Translations under genes and position numbers: made by a program
Notes under the pieces: generated by a model
What the model saw: the letters and a program-made list of their open reading frames with translations, nothing else
Database searches by the model: none
Told to the model about the DNA's origin: nothing
Sequence record: PZ583743.1
Length of the DNA stretch: 64,000 nucleotides
DNA from: a phage
Strand: one strand, 5' to 3'
Shown here: one piece after another, positions 1-9,960 of the stretch
Layout of the letters: every line of letters begins with the position of its first letter
Position numbering within the stretch: the stretch's first letter is position 1

Positions 1-1
1 C

Positions 2-274
2 GGATCAATTTTCTATGCTCCGTATACAGAAGGTCTTGACTTAGATGACCCTGAACATGTAGGTGCATTTAAAGTTGTAGTTGATCCAGAAAGTTTGCAG
101 CCATCTATCGGTTTATTGGTTAGATATGCTTTATCTGCAAATCCTTACACTGTAGCAAAAGATGAAAAAGAAGCAAGAATAATTGATGGTGGAGACATGG
201 ATAAAATGGCGGGTCGTTCAGATTTGTCTGTTTTATTAGGTGTTAAGCTACCAAAAATTATCGTTGATGAATAA
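2..274 (+). CDS. 24: Capsid vertex protein gp24, C-terminal fragment (partial, enters from window edge)
   Basis: Open frame from window start to TAA at 272-274 (…VLLGVKLPKIIVDE*), followed by terminator hairpin; sits directly upstream of rnlB (24.1) as on the T4 map. Confidence 0.55.
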   Translation, partial: GSIFYAPYTEGLDLDDPEHVGAFKVVVDPESLQPSIGLLVRYALSANPYTVAKDEKEARIIDGGDMDKMAGRSDLSVLLGVKLPKIIVDE

Positions 275-280
275 AAACAA

Positions 281-304
281 AGGGACCGAAAGGTCCCTTT
301 TTAT
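281..304. terminator. Rho-independent terminator hairpin (AGGGACC-gaa-AGGTCCCT + T-run), bidirectional between gene 24 and rnlB
   Basis: Perfect GC stem with short loop followed by TTTTTATTT; lies between convergent genes. Confidence 0.6.
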
Positions 305-1309
305 TTAACTTACCAATTCAATCCAAGCCGGACGAAGTACATCTTGTACCATTTTAACTAATTCCTTTTTAACCAAAGAAGGATTATCCGCTTGAGTTAG
401 AGTAATACCTTCACGAGAAGTTTCTTCCAAAATATCTTGAACAGTTAGTCCCATCACCTTTCCAAAATCTTTTGGACCAATTTCACCAATTTTAGAAATA
501 ACATTATTCACACGATTCAGTGTAACGTAACAAGCTAAAATTCCCACCAATTTATTATCAGCTTCTGACAGTTCAACTTTAGCTTTAATAGGCTTATCAG
601 ACTTTTTCTTTTCGCTAAATTTAGAGTTCTTGCATTTAATAGCTACACGATTGCCATTAGGCATCCAAGAAGGATAGCAAGGTTTCAATACATATCCTTC
701 AGCAGTAAATACTTCGCCTTTTGCTTCGGCATTCCAAACGCATTTATTTGCATCAACTAATCCAGCATGGTCTACCGTAAAATTATAATCCTGGACTACA
801 GAATCTAAATCATTTGGCAATTTAATAAGCTCTTCAAATTTACCACGACCTAAAAGTGGAGCCATTTTAAATTTGAATGTATTACAGAATGATTCCATCA
901 TATAATCATCGACATAAGTCACATCACCACTTTCTGTAGTAACAATAATGTCAAATACATAAAAATCTTTATCGCCATAATCGACATTCTTCTGAATGCC
1001 AGGTCCAGCGAATTCGCCGAAGACTTGATAAGATACAGCTGCTGAAGTTTCCATAATATCTTGTACTGCTTTAATGGAATCAGCGTAATTCTTTAGAATA
1101 ATTTCATACCCAAAGAAATCTTCAGCAGGAAGAATTGGTCCAGTACGTTTAGCACAAGTTGCTTTATCGCGTTCAATAATCAGTGAGAAATTTGTACCAT
1201 GAATCTTTTCACGAGCTACCCATTCGCCGCCAGTCAATCCTAAACTATAAAGTTTTTCAATGAATTTAGAATTGTAATGATTTTCAAGACTGCTATACTT
1301 TTTAAACAT
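305..1309 (-). CDS. rnlB: RNA ligase 2 (Rnl2, gp24.1)
   Basis: 334 aa; N-terminal nucleotidyltransferase motif EKIHGTN (KxHGxN); sequence recognised as T4 Rnl2 from memory. Confidence 0.93.
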   Translation of the reverse strand: MFKKYSSLENHYNSKFIEKLYSLGLTGGEWVAREKIHGTNFSLIIERDKATCAKRTGPILPAEDFFGYEIILKNYADSIKAVQDIMETSAAVSYQVFGEFAGPGIQKNVDYGDKDFYVFDIIVTTESGDVTYVDDYMMESFCNTFKFKMAPLLGRGKFEELIKLPNDLDSVVQDYNFTVDHAGLVDANKCVWNAEAKGEVFTAEGYVLKPCYPSWMPNGNRVAIKCKNSKFSEKKKSDKPIKAKVELSEADNKLVGILACYVTLNRVNNVISKIGEIGPKDFGKVMGLTVQDILEETSREGITLTQADNPSLVKKELVKMVQDVLRPAWIELVS

Positions 1310-1318
1310 AATTAATCC

Positions 1319-1597
1319 TCAAAATGTAATTTCTAACCAATCACCATCACGCTGATCACTATTGACTTTAAAGCTAAATCCTTCTTTTCTCAGCCAATCA
1401 CCAATTTCTTCAGTAATCAATTTATCGCGAGCAGTGCAATAATAACTAAAATATGTTTTACCTTGTTCAGCTGCTTTATTAGCAAGTTCCGAAAAATCTT
1501 TAATAAAACACTCTAGCTTAAACTGTTTGCTTTTAAGTGCTTTTTCGCGTAATTGATTAGCAAAAGATTCATTTTCATAAAGATCATACTGTTCCAT
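1319..1597 (-). CDS. Hypothetical protein (T4 24.2 position)
   Basis: 92-aa ORF, tightly packed downstream of rnlB. Confidence 0.6.
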   Translation of the reverse strand: MEQYDLYENESFANQLREKALKSKQFKLECFIKDFSELANKAAEQGKTYFSYYCTARDKLITEEIGDWLRKEGFSFKVNSDQRDGDWLEITF

Positions 1598-1799
1598 TTT
1601 TCACCTTCTTATTAATATGTCTTTTTCTATAGACAACTTTTTCTCGAGTCTCAAATTTATTCTTAGCAGTCATAGCTCGAGCCCATAATACAGCCACTTC
1701 CTTTGCCTGTAAGTTCAATTCACGAGCAATTTCAATGAATGACTTTCCAGACTCATGGAGTGTAAACACCACAACCTCAGTTCTCATAATCAATCTCAT
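1584..1799 (-). CDS. Hypothetical small basic protein, possible helix-turn-helix (T4 24.3 position)
   Basis: 71-aa ORF; segment GKSFIEIARELNL resembles an HTH; overlaps neighbour by 14 nt. Confidence 0.55.
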   Translation of the reverse strand: MRLIMRTEVVVFTLHESGKSFIEIARELNLQAKEVAVLWARAMTAKNKFETREKVVYRKRHINKKVKNGTV

Positions 1800-1861
1800 G
1801 TTATCGAGTTGGTGACATTATATACATCGTTTTCTGATTGTGTTTTGTGTGCTTTCAAAAT

Positions 1862-1882
1862 GAAGAAAGGGGCCGAAGCCCC
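1862..1882 (-). terminator. Terminator hairpin downstream of hoc (minus-strand GGGGCUUCGGCCCC + U-run)
   Basis: GGGGCcgaaGCCCC palindrome at 1869-1882 with TTTCTTCA following on the minus strand. Confidence 0.55.
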
Positions 1883-1887
1883 TGAGA

Positions 1888-3018
1888 TTATGGATAGGTA
1901 TAGATGATACCAGTTTCTAAAGCAGTTTTATGAATGATGTATCCATTACGCGATTCTTGAACATCAACTTCTGGATAGTCTTTCATCATCTTCTGAAGAG
2001 TGTAACGATGCAAGTAGTACTTACTATCTGGATCGTCAGTTTTCCAATCTTTACCTTCTTCAGTCATTTTTTGGATTTCATCCATAACCCACCAACCGCA
2101 CCAGATATAAGCTGAAGTACGATGTGGAAGAGGATGAACATAAGGTAATTCACCTTCTGGTTCCGGAGCAACTTTATCAGTCACTTGAACTTGACCTGTG
2201 GCTTTAACTGTTTTACTATCATAGTCAGTTGCTGTAACGACAGCAGTAACTTCAATAGTTTGACTTCCAATAGATGAGGTATCAACAGTATATACGTTAG
2301 TTGACCCTTCCACAGGAGAAGAATCTTTCTTCCATGAGTAAGTAATTTGTGCTGCTTCAGGTGCGCCAGTAACATTAGCAGTAAATGTAGCCGAAGCATC
2401 CTGCTGAACATTAATAGAAGGAGGAGTCAATGCAATCTGTGGATTCATTGTCTTCTTATTAACTGTCAATGATACTTCATTAGAAGTAACGCTCAGTGCA
2501 TCATAATCTGTCGCAGTTACTTGAGCTACACACTTAATTCTTTTTACTCCACTTGTAGTTGGAGTATAGTTAAATGTAGAGTTAGTTTCTCCACCAACTT
2601 GTGAATCATCTACATACCACTGATACGTAGCAGATGCGCCCAATGGCTGTGAAGCTAAGGCAGCAGTAAATTCAACGGCTGTTCCGATTACTCCTTCTGG
2701 AGGACTATTAGGAGTTACAGCTAAGGTAGTTGTCTGTGTCTTATTTTGAACTGTGATAGTTGTACTAATTTCAGCTGTTTCAGCTTCAGCTTCTGGAACT
2801 GTATTTGTTGCAACCACTTTAATAGTCTTTTGACCAGCAGGTCCTTTTAATACATAATTAAAGGTTGCTTCAGCTCCATCCTGTGGAGCATTATCTACAC
2901 TCCAAGCATAGGTAATAGTTCCACCTCCAGTTTCACCACTGGGTGTAGCAGTAAACTGCTGAGTCTGATCTATAACTCCAGTAGGTGTTTTAGGAGTTAT
3001 ATCAACTGTAAAAGCCAT
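1888..3018 (-). CDS. hoc: Hoc, highly immunogenic outer capsid protein
   Basis: 376 aa, same length as T4 Hoc; repeated Ig-like segments (…TYxWxVD…, …TYQWYVDD…, …ITYSWKKD…). Confidence 0.9.
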   Translation of the reverse strand: MAFTVDITPKTPTGVIDQTQQFTATPSGETGGGTITYAWSVDNAPQDGAEATFNYVLKGPAGQKTIKVVATNTVPEAEAETAEISTTITVQNKTQTTTLAVTPNSPPEGVIGTAVEFTAALASQPLGASATYQWYVDDSQVGGETNSTFNYTPTTSGVKRIKCVAQVTATDYDALSVTSNEVSLTVNKKTMNPQIALTPPSINVQQDASATFTANVTGAPEAAQITYSWKKDSSPVEGSTNVYTVDTSSIGSQTIEVTAVVTATDYDSKTVKATGQVQVTDKVAPEPEGELPYVHPLPHRTSAYIWCGWWVMDEIQKMTEEGKDWKTDDPDSKYYLHRYTLQKMMKDYPEVDVQESRNGYIIHKTALETGIIYTYP

Positions 3019-3027
3019 AAGTTATCC

Positions 3028-3708
3028 TTATTTTAATGTTACGAAAGAAGAGTTGCGTGTTTCACGAATTAGAACTGATCCGTCACGGTTAATGTAGTAA
3101 ATTAAGCTAAATAAAGTTTGATGTGCCGACGCGTGTTCAAAACTAGTTGGGTGAGATTTCCAATCCGGAGTTTCAGCAATCCACTGGTAAATCCACCAAG
3201 GAACAGTGCAGAATCCTGGATTTTTTCCAATCAGCTGAAGATTCGGACTAAAGTTTTCCGGAAGAGTAAATACAGACGGCTTTTCAGATTCAATAATCTC
3301 AGCTACAGCCTGTTCGAATTTTTCTTCAACAAAAGGAGTATCTTCAATCAAAACATCGGTATTTTCAGGAATTTTATCCGTTTCGACTACTTCAATTTTA
3401 ATATCAGATTTAACCGGAGAATCAATCAGAAGTGCTGCTTCTGGATTGACCTCTTCATCGTCATATTTTAATCCCTCTGCAGCATCAGCAGCATCAATTA
3501 AGTCTTTAATAGATAACCCATCAGTCTCTGGCATAGGTTCACTAGCGAGCTTCTGGAGGGCTTCTTCAATATCAACAACGATATTATCAAAAGATTTATT
3601 CTTTTTGACTTTTATACCAAACTGTTCAGCATATTCAGCTAATTTAGCTTTAGCTTCTTTATTATCATCAAGAGCCTTCAGCTCTGCAATATAATCTTTA
3701 TCTATCAT
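3028..3708 (-). CDS. inh: Inh, inhibitor of prohead protease gp21
   Basis: 226 aa, acidic N-terminal half; length and position between hoc and uvsW match T4 inh. Confidence 0.8.
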   Translation of the reverse strand: MIDKDYIAELKALDDNKEAKAKLAEYAEQFGIKVKKNKSFDNIVVDIEEALQKLASEPMPETDGLSIKDLIDAADAAEGLKYDDEEVNPEAALLIDSPVKSDIKIEVVETDKIPENTDVLIEDTPFVEEKFEQAVAEIIESEKPSVFTLPENFSPNLQLIGKNPGFCTVPWWIYQWIAETPDWKSHPTSFEHASAHQTLFSLIYYINRDGSVLIRETRNSSFVTLK

Positions 3709-3721
3709 AATATTTCCTCAG

Positions 3722-3729
3722 TATAAATA
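3722..3729 (+). promoter_or_regulatory. T4 late promoter (TATAAATA) for uvsW
   Basis: Exact TATAAATA about 30 nt upstream of the uvsW ATG. Confidence 0.6.
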
Positions 3730-3758
3730 TAGATATATTTATTACATGGTATTTAGAC

Positions 3759-5270
3759 ATGACTGACATTAAAGTACATTTTTATGATTTTAGTCACGTG
3801 AGAATTGATTGTGAAGAAAGTACATTTCATGAACTCCGTGATTTCTTTAGCTTTGAAGCTGATGGGTATCGTTTTAATCCGAAGTACAAATATGGTCATT
3901 GGGATGGACGAATCCGTCTTTTAGATTATAATCGCCTTCTTCCATTCGGCTTAGTCGGGCAAATTAAAAAGTTCTGTGATAACTTTGGCTATAAAGCTTG
4001 GATTGACCCACAGATTAACGAAAAAGAAGAATTATCAAGAAAAGATTTTGATGAATGGCTTTCTAAATTAGAAATCTATTCAGGAAATAAAAGAATTGAA
4101 CCGCATTGGTATCAAAAAGATGCAGTGTTCGAAGGATTAGTTAATCGTCGTAGAATTCTTAATCTTCCAACATCCGCAGGTAAATCCTTAATTCAAGCTT
4201 TGCTTGCGCGTTATTATTTGGAAAATTATGAAGGTAAAATTCTTATCATTGTTCCAACAACTGCTTTAACAACTCAGATGGCTGATGACTTTGTTGACTA
4301 TCGTTTATTCAGTCACGCAATGATAAAGAAAATTGGCGGTGGAGCATCAAAAGATGATAAATATAAAAATGATGCGCCAGTCGTTGTTGGTACATGGCAA
4401 ACTGTAGTAAAACAACCGAAAGAATGGTTCTCACAGTTTGGAATGATGATGAATGATGAATGCCATCTTGCTACAGGAAAAAGTATTTCATCTATCATAT
4501 CAGGTTTAAATAACTGCATGTTCAAATTCGGTTTGTCTGGTTCATTACGCGATGGCAAAGCCAATATCATGCAGTATGTTGGAATGTTCGGTGAAATATT
4601 TAAGCCAGTAACGACCTCTAAATTAATGGAAGATGGACAAGTAACTGAGTTAAAAATTAATAGTATTTTTCTTCGCTATCCCGATGAGTTCACTACTAAA
4701 TTAAAGGGAAAAACTTACCAAGAAGAAATAAAAATTATTACTGGACTCAGTAAAAGAAATAAATGGATCGCTAAATTAGCTATTAAACTTGCGCAAAAAG
4801 ATGAAAACGCTTTTGTCATGTTTAAGCATGTATCACATGGTAAAGCTATTTTCGATTTAATTAAAAATGAATACGATAAAGTTTATTACGTATCAGGGGA
4901 AGTTGATACCGAAACTCGAAACATAATGAAAACCTTAGCTGAAAACGGTAAAGGAATAATTATAGTAGCTAGTTATGGTGTATTTTCTACTGGTATTTCA
5001 GTTAAAAATCTGCATCACGTTGTTTTAGCACACGGTGTTAAATCTAAAATTATTGTATTGCAAACAATAGGTCGTGTATTACGTAAGCATGGTTCTAAAA
5101 CAATCGCAACGGTCTGGGACCTCATTGATGATTGCGGTGTTAAGCCAAAATCTGCTAATACGAAAAAGAAATATGTTCATTTGAACTATCTTTTAAAACA
5201 CGGCATTGATCGTATTCAGCGCTACGCAGATGAAAAATTTAATTACGTAATGAAAACAGTTAATTTATAA
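3759..5270 (+). CDS. uvsW: UvsW, SF2 RNA-DNA/DNA-DNA helicase
   Basis: 503 aa; Walker A PTSAGKS, DECH box (MNDECHLATGK); recognised as T4 UvsW. Confidence 0.93.
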   Translation: MTDIKVHFYDFSHVRIDCEESTFHELRDFFSFEADGYRFNPKYKYGHWDGRIRLLDYNRLLPFGLVGQIKKFCDNFGYKAWIDPQINEKEELSRKDFDEWLSKLEIYSGNKRIEPHWYQKDAVFEGLVNRRRILNLPTSAGKSLIQALLARYYLENYEGKILIIVPTTALTTQMADDFVDYRLFSHAMIKKIGGGASKDDKYKNDAPVVVGTWQTVVKQPKEWFSQFGMMMNDECHLATGKSISSIISGLNNCMFKFGLSGSLRDGKANIMQYVGMFGEIFKPVTTSKLMEDGQVTELKINSIFLRYPDEFTTKLKGKTYQEEIKIITGLSKRNKWIAKLAIKLAQKDENAFVMFKHVSHGKAIFDLIKNEYDKVYYVSGEVDTETRNIMKTLAENGKGIIIVASYGVFSTGISVKNLHHVVLAHGVKSKIIVLQTIGRVLRKHGSKTIATVWDLIDDCGVKPKSANTKKKYVHLNYLLKHGIDRIQRYADEKFNYVMKTVNL

Positions 5271-5286
5271 GGGCTTCGGCCCTTTG
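5271..5286 (+). terminator. GGGCUUCGGCCC tetraloop hairpin after uvsW (terminator or RNA stability element)
   Basis: GGGCttcgGCCC directly after the stop codon, followed by TTTGG; T-run is short. Confidence 0.45.
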
Positions 5287-5296
5287 GAGAAAAAAG

Positions 5297-5527
5297 ATGT
5301 TACTAGAATTTAAACAATTTCTTTATGAAGCTTCTATTGATGAATTTATGGGTAAAATTGCCTCTTGTCAAACATTAGAAGGTCTAGAAGAACTTGAAGC
5401 TTATTATAAGAAAAGAGTTAAAGAAACTGAATTAAAAGATACTGATGACATCTCAGTCAGAGATGCTTTGGCAGGAAAAAGAGCTGAATTAGAAGATTCA
5501 GACGATGAAGTAGAAGAAAGCTTTTAA
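5297..5527 (+). CDS. uvsW.1: UvsW.1, small acidic protein
   Basis: 76-aa ORF with good RBS spacing after uvsW. Confidence 0.75.
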   Translation: MLLEFKQFLYEASIDEFMGKIASCQTLEGLEELEAYYKKRVKETELKDTDDISVRDALAGKRAELEDSDDEVEESF

Positions 5528-5582
5528 ATTAAAAAAGGCCCAACCAAAAAGGAAGGGCCAAAACTATAGACTAAAGGTCACA

Positions 5583-5750
5583 CTATAGCAAAAGTTGTGT
5601 TTCATTTAATTGTTCTTCAGAACTTTCTGAAACTGGTAGTTCTTTAATGTAATTATAGCAAGGCCCAGGATGTACAGGACCTTTGTCTGTTTCAACAACC
5701 AATGCAGAATCGATTGGAGTTTTACAGACAACACAAATCTTATCTGACAT
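5583..5750 (-). CDS. Small Cys-containing protein (uvsY.-2 position), 55 aa
   Basis: Hand-translated minus-strand ORF MSDKICVVCKTPIDSALVVETDKGPVHPGPCYNYIKELPVSESSEEQLNETQLLL*; below the ORF-track size cutoff. Confidence 0.5.
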   Translation of the reverse strand: MSDKICVVCKTPIDSALVVETDKGPVHPGPCYNYIKELPVSESSEEQLNETQLLL

Positions 5751-5778
5751 GATTGTCTCCTCTAAATTATATATCTAT

Positions 5779-6003
5779 TTATATAACTCTCATATGCATA
5801 TCAATACCCATATCTTTAGAATAAAAATATTCATCAAGATATCCGGCAAATTTTCCTTTAATATAAAGTACATCTTCACCGCATGGGTGGTCGGCCAGGA
5901 TACGAATATCCTGACGCTTGAGATTATACTTTTTCATTAAGAATTGAATTTCCGTTTTGAATTCTTCTTCATAATTAAAAGCATCATCAATGCTATATTT
6001 CAT
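5779..6003 (-). CDS. Hypothetical protein (uvsY.-1 position)
   Basis: 74-aa ORF; ATGA start/stop overlap with uvsY suggests translational coupling. Confidence 0.65.
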   Translation of the reverse strand: MKYSIDDAFNYEEEFKTEIQFLMKKYNLKRQDIRILADHPCGEDVLYIKGKFAGYLDEYFYSKDMGIDMHMRVI

Positions 6004-6416
6004 TATTTTCCAGCCTCAAATGCTCGCATGTCTTGAATATGCTTAATAGCAAATCCACGTGATTTAATAGCATCAAGAGCTCCGCTACAGAAATCCAATA
6101 AAATTCCCCAATATTGTAATGAAGTATCAACTTTTAAAACATCCTTATCAGCTGATAGAACTGTCTTCATTTCTGATTTCTCATAACGATCCATACTAAA
6201 TTCATCACCATCTCCTCGTCCCGAGTAGTAGTCTAATTTAGCTTTAAGAGCAACTTTTTTCTGCGCTTCAATTCTAAGCATTTCCTTTTTAATACTTGAA
6301 TGCTTATTAAGCCATTTACTATATAACATCACATTATTAGCTGCTTCATACTGTAATTTAGTCGAATCTATAAACACATCTTTCTTCAATTCTTCTTGAA
6401 GATCTTCTAATTTCAT
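6003..6416 (-). CDS. uvsY: UvsY recombination mediator
   Basis: 137 aa, recognised as T4 UvsY. Confidence 0.93.
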   Translation of the reverse strand: MKLEDLQEELKKDVFIDSTKLQYEAANNVMLYSKWLNKHSSIKKEMLRIEAQKKVALKAKLDYYSGRGDGDEFSMDRYEKSEMKTVLSADKDVLKVDTSLQYWGILLDFCSGALDAIKSRGFAIKHIQDMRAFEAGK

Positions 6417-6456
6417 ATTGTTCTCTATTCAATTGTTATTGGATGGACTTAGATTC

Positions 6457-6483
6457 ATTATACCACGTTTATACGTGAAGCAT
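6457..6483 (-). promoter_or_regulatory. Candidate MotA-dependent middle promoter for uvsY
   Basis: Minus strand reads aTGCTTCA (MotA box), 13 nt spacer, TATAAT, about 40 nt upstream of the uvsY ATG. Confidence 0.5.
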
Positions 6484-6881
6484 TATACTCTATTACTGGA
6501 AGCCAGTTGCAGTTTTATCTGCTCAATATCATCAGGGTTATCGATGACCGAAAAGCGTATTTCTACTATAAGAGTATAATCATCATAAACCGGTATTACA
6601 TTAACTGCTAATTTATCAATACGTGGCTCGTAGTTTCTTACTGCGCTTTCGATGTTACGCTCAACTGTATCAGCAGTAAGAGGAGTCATATTCTCAAAAA
6701 GTTGATCAGATAAATCGCATCCAAATTCTGGGTCAAACGGTCTCGACCCTTTTCTGGTTGTGATAATTCCCAAAAGGCTATTTTTAATTGACCTTAATCC
6801 AAGAGATCTAGAAACATCTTTGTCCCAATCCATTTTCATTTCTGGGTCAATGTCAGAATAAAGCTTATTAATATTTGCCAT
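6483..6881 (-). CDS. 25: Baseplate wedge protein gp25
   Basis: 132 aa; length and position match T4 gp25. Confidence 0.9.
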   Translation of the reverse strand: MANINKLYSDIDPEMKMDWDKDVSRSLGLRSIKNSLLGIITTRKGSRPFDPEFGCDLSDQLFENMTPLTADTVERNIESAVRNYEPRIDKLAVNVIPVYDDYTLIVEIRFSVIDNPDDIEQIKLQLASSNRV

Positions 6882-7507
6882 TACAATAGCTCAAAGAATT
6901 CTTTGAGTCCTCTTATTACATGAGCGTGAGTTTTTCCACACTCTGGACACTTAATTGGAACAGCCAAATAAACAGTAGGCTTTAAAAGCATATCTTTTAT
7001 AGCTACAATATCTGACTCTGTGATGATAGAATATAAATCTTCCAACTCTTTTTCATTTAAGTCTTCAATTGGAATGCTTTCCCCGTTAGCATGAATCGTT
7101 TCTATACATGATACTATCATGTGGGCTATATTTTTATCATCAAAAATTTTAGGGTAATGGAACTTAATTTTAATGTCACCCAGTGTATACCAGAGGTCTT
7201 CTGGTGCATCTATTTGCGTATGTAATAGATTTATATGGGTTGGTATTTCAGTTCCACAGGTGCACTTCCAGGAGTTTTCGTGATTAACTTCCCCAAGAGA
7301 ATGCGCCCATAAATGAATCAACAAGAGTTCTGATTCTTGGCGGTTTAAATCTTTTGCATTTGTACAGTCTTTGATTAGCTTTTTAACGATCTCTTCTACT
7401 GAACCGTTCTTTTTAGCAGTAATAAGTTCTAGATATTCTTTAAGAGTAAATGCGCGACAGTTGATTATTTTAGAACCAACTCTCACGTCAAATTTGTATT
7501 CATACAT
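6881..7507 (-). CDS. 26: Baseplate hub protein gp26
   Basis: 208 aa; Cys-rich (CTCGT…CPECG); T4 gp26 length and position. Confidence 0.88.
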   Translation of the reverse strand: MYEYKFDVRVGSKIINCRAFTLKEYLELITAKKNGSVEEIVKKLIKDCTNAKDLNRQESELLLIHLWAHSLGEVNHENSWKCTCGTEIPTHINLLHTQIDAPEDLWYTLGDIKIKFHYPKIFDDKNIAHMIVSCIETIHANGESIPIEDLNEKELEDLYSIITESDIVAIKDMLLKPTVYLAVPIKCPECGKTHAHVIRGLKEFFELL

Positions 7508-7528
7508 ATTTAGCTCCTTTATTTATCA

Positions 7529-7540
7529 TATTTATAAATA
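7529..7540. promoter_or_regulatory. Divergent overlapping late promoters (TATTTATAAATA) for gene 26 (-) and gene 51 (+)
   Basis: Plus-strand TATAAATA at 7533-7540 and minus-strand TATAAATA (plus TATTTATA) at 7529-7536, in the intergenic region between divergent late genes. Confidence 0.55.
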
Positions 7541-7557
7541 GAATAAAAGGAGCATCT

Positions 7558-8307
7558 ATGGCAAACATTATTCGTTGTAAATTACCAGATGGTGTTCATC
7601 GTTTTAAACCATTTACGGTAGAAGATTATCGAGATTTTTTGTTAGTTCGAAACGATATAGAACATCGGTCACCACAAGAACAAAAAGAAATAATTGCTGA
7701 CTTAATTGCCGATTATTTTGGAGACTATCCGAAGACTTGGCAACCATTTATATTTTTGCAGGTATTTGTAGGGTCAATAGGTAAAACTAAAGTACCGGTC
7801 ACATTTGTATGTCCAAAATGTAAAAAAGAAAAGACAGTTTCATTTGAAATATATCAAAAAGAATTAAAGGAACCTGTTTTTGATGTAGCTAATGTTAAAA
7901 TTAAATTAAAGTTTCCTTCTGAGTTTTATGAAAATAAAGCAAAGATGATTACTGAAAATATTCATTCTGTTCAAGTAGATGAAACATGGTATGATTGGAA
8001 GGAAATTAGTGAATCAAGCCAAATAGAACTTGTTGATGCCATCGAGATAGAAACATTAGAAAAAATTCTCGATGCAATGAATCCTATTAATTTAACGCTA
8101 CATATGTCCTGCTGTGATAAGTATGTAAAAAAATACACTGATATAGTAGATGTGTTTAAGCTATTAGTTAACCCAGATGAGATATTTACTTTTTATCAAA
8201 TTAATCACACACTCGTAAAAAGTAATTATAGCTTAAATTCAATAATGAAAATGATTCCTGCCGAGCGCGGATTCGTATTAAAACTGATTGAGAAGGATAA
8301 ACAATAA
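7558..8307 (+). CDS. 51: Baseplate hub assembly catalyst gp51
   Basis: 249 aa; T4 gp51 length and position. Confidence 0.88.
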   Translation: MANIIRCKLPDGVHRFKPFTVEDYRDFLLVRNDIEHRSPQEQKEIIADLIADYFGDYPKTWQPFIFLQVFVGSIGKTKVPVTFVCPKCKKEKTVSFEIYQKELKEPVFDVANVKIKLKFPSEFYENKAKMITENIHSVQVDETWYDWKEISESSQIELVDAIEIETLEKILDAMNPINLTLHMSCCDKYVKKYTDIVDVFKLLVNPDEIFTFYQINHTLVKSNYSLNSIMKMIPAERGFVLKLIEKDKQ

Positions 8308-9482
8308 TGAGTATGTTGCAACGCCCTGGATATCCAAATCTCAGCGTTAAATTATTTGATAGCTACGACGCTTGGAGTAATAATAGATTTGTTGAATTAG
8401 CTGCTACTATTACCACATTAACTATGCGGGATTCTCTTTATGGCCGAAATGAAGGAATGCTGCAGTTTTATGATTCTAAAAACATCCATACAAAAATGGA
8501 TGGAAATGAAATAATTCAGATTTCTGTAGCTAATGCAAACGATATTAATAATGTTAAAACAAGAATTTATGGATGTAAGCATTTTTCTGTGTCAGTAGAT
8601 TCAAAGGGTGATAACATCATTGCTATTGAATTGGGAACTATTCATTCTATAGAAAATCTTAAATTTGGCAGACCGTTTTTCCCTGATGCAGGTGAATCTA
8701 TAAAGGAAATGCTTGGCGTCATTTATCAAGACCGCACATTATTAACTCCAGCAATAAATGCTATAAATGCTTATGTTCCTGATATTCCGTGGACTAGTAC
8801 ATTTGAAAACTATTTGTCATATGTCAGAGAAGTTGCTCTAGCTGTAGGAAGTGACAAATTTGTATTTGTATGGCAAGACATCATGGGAGTTAACATGATG
8901 GACTATGATATGATGATAAATCAAGAACCGTATCCAATGATTGTCGGTGAGCCATCTTTAATAGGTCAATTCATCCAAGAATTAAAATATCCATTGGCAT
9001 ATGATTTCGTTTGGTTGACTAAATCGAATCCTCACAAACGTGACCCAATGAAAAACGCTACTATCTATGCTCATTCATTTTTAGATTCTTCATTGCCAAT
9101 GATTACTACAGGAAAGGGCGAAAACTCTATTGTAGTGTCAAGGTCAGGTGCTTATTCTGAAATGACTTATAGGAATGGATATGAAGAAGCTATTCGTCTT
9201 CAAACTATGGCGCAATACGATGGCTATGCTAAATGTTCTACTGTCGGTAATTTTAACTTGACACCTGGCGTTAAAATTATTTTTAATGATAGTAAAAACC
9301 AATTTAAAACAGAATTTTACGTTGATGAAGTCATCCATGAATTATCCAATAATAATTCAGTAACTCATCTATATATGTTCACTAATGCAACGAAACTGGA
9401 AACAATAGACCCAGTTAAGGTTAAAAATGAATTTAAATCTGATACTACCACTGAAGAAAGTAGTTCTTCCAATAAGCAATAA
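8307..9482 (+). CDS. 27: Baseplate hub subunit gp27
   Basis: 391 aa; T4 gp27 length; ATGA overlap with gene 51. Confidence 0.9.
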   Translation: MSMLQRPGYPNLSVKLFDSYDAWSNNRFVELAATITTLTMRDSLYGRNEGMLQFYDSKNIHTKMDGNEIIQISVANANDINNVKTRIYGCKHFSVSVDSKGDNIIAIELGTIHSIENLKFGRPFFPDAGESIKEMLGVIYQDRTLLTPAINAINAYVPDIPWTSTFENYLSYVREVALAVGSDKFVFVWQDIMGVNMMDYDMMINQEPYPMIVGEPSLIGQFIQELKYPLAYDFVWLTKSNPHKRDPMKNATIYAHSFLDSSLPMITTGKGENSIVVSRSGAYSEMTYRNGYEEAIRLQTMAQYDGYAKCSTVGNFNLTPGVKIIFNDSKNQFKTEFYVDEVIHELSNNNSVTHLYMFTNATKLETIDPVKVKNEFKSDTTTEESSSSNKQ

Positions 9483-9960
9483 AGAAGTTTCTATTCCTAA
9501 AATGGGTCTTAAACATTATAACATTTTAAAAGATGTTAAAGGTCCTGATGAAAATTTAAAACTTCTTATTGATTCTATTTGTCCGAATTTATCACCGGCA
9601 GAAGTTGATTTCGTTTCTATTCATTTATTGGAATTTAATGGAAAGATTAAATCTCGTAAAGAAATAGATGGTTATACTTATGACATTAATGATGTTTATG
9701 TATGCCAAAGATTGGAATTTCAATACCAAGGAAATACATTTTATTTTAGACCGCCTGGAAAATTTGAACAATTTTTAACTGTGAGCGATATGTTATCCAA
9801 ATGCTTGCTTAAGGTCAATGATGAAGTTAAAGAAATTAATTTTCTTGAGATGCCAGCATTCGTTTTAAAATGGGCAAATGATATTTTTACAACTTTAGCA
9901 ATTCCTGGCCCTAATGGTCCAATAACCGGAATTGGCAATATTATTGGATTATTTGAATGA
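9427..9960 (+). CDS. 28: Baseplate distal hub subunit gp28
   Basis: 177 aa; overlaps the 3' end of gene 27 as in T4. Confidence 0.85.
   Translation: MNLNLILPLKKVVLPISNKEVSIPKMGLKHYNILKDVKGPDENLKLLIDSICPNLSPAEVDFVSIHLLEFNGKIKSRKEIDGYTYDINDVYVCQRLEFQYQGNTFYFRPPGKFEQFLTVSDMLSKCLLKVNDEVKEINFLEMPAFVLKWANDIFTTLAIPGPNGPITGIGNIIGLFE

Noticed and set aside
1930-2411. Plus-strand ORFs (61 and 76 aa) inside hoc
   Set aside because: Antisense shadow ORFs within a well-supported minus-strand gene; low-complexity translations
3118-3694. Plus-strand ORFs (117 and 82 aa) opposite inh
   Set aside because: Antisense to inh; composition-driven open frames
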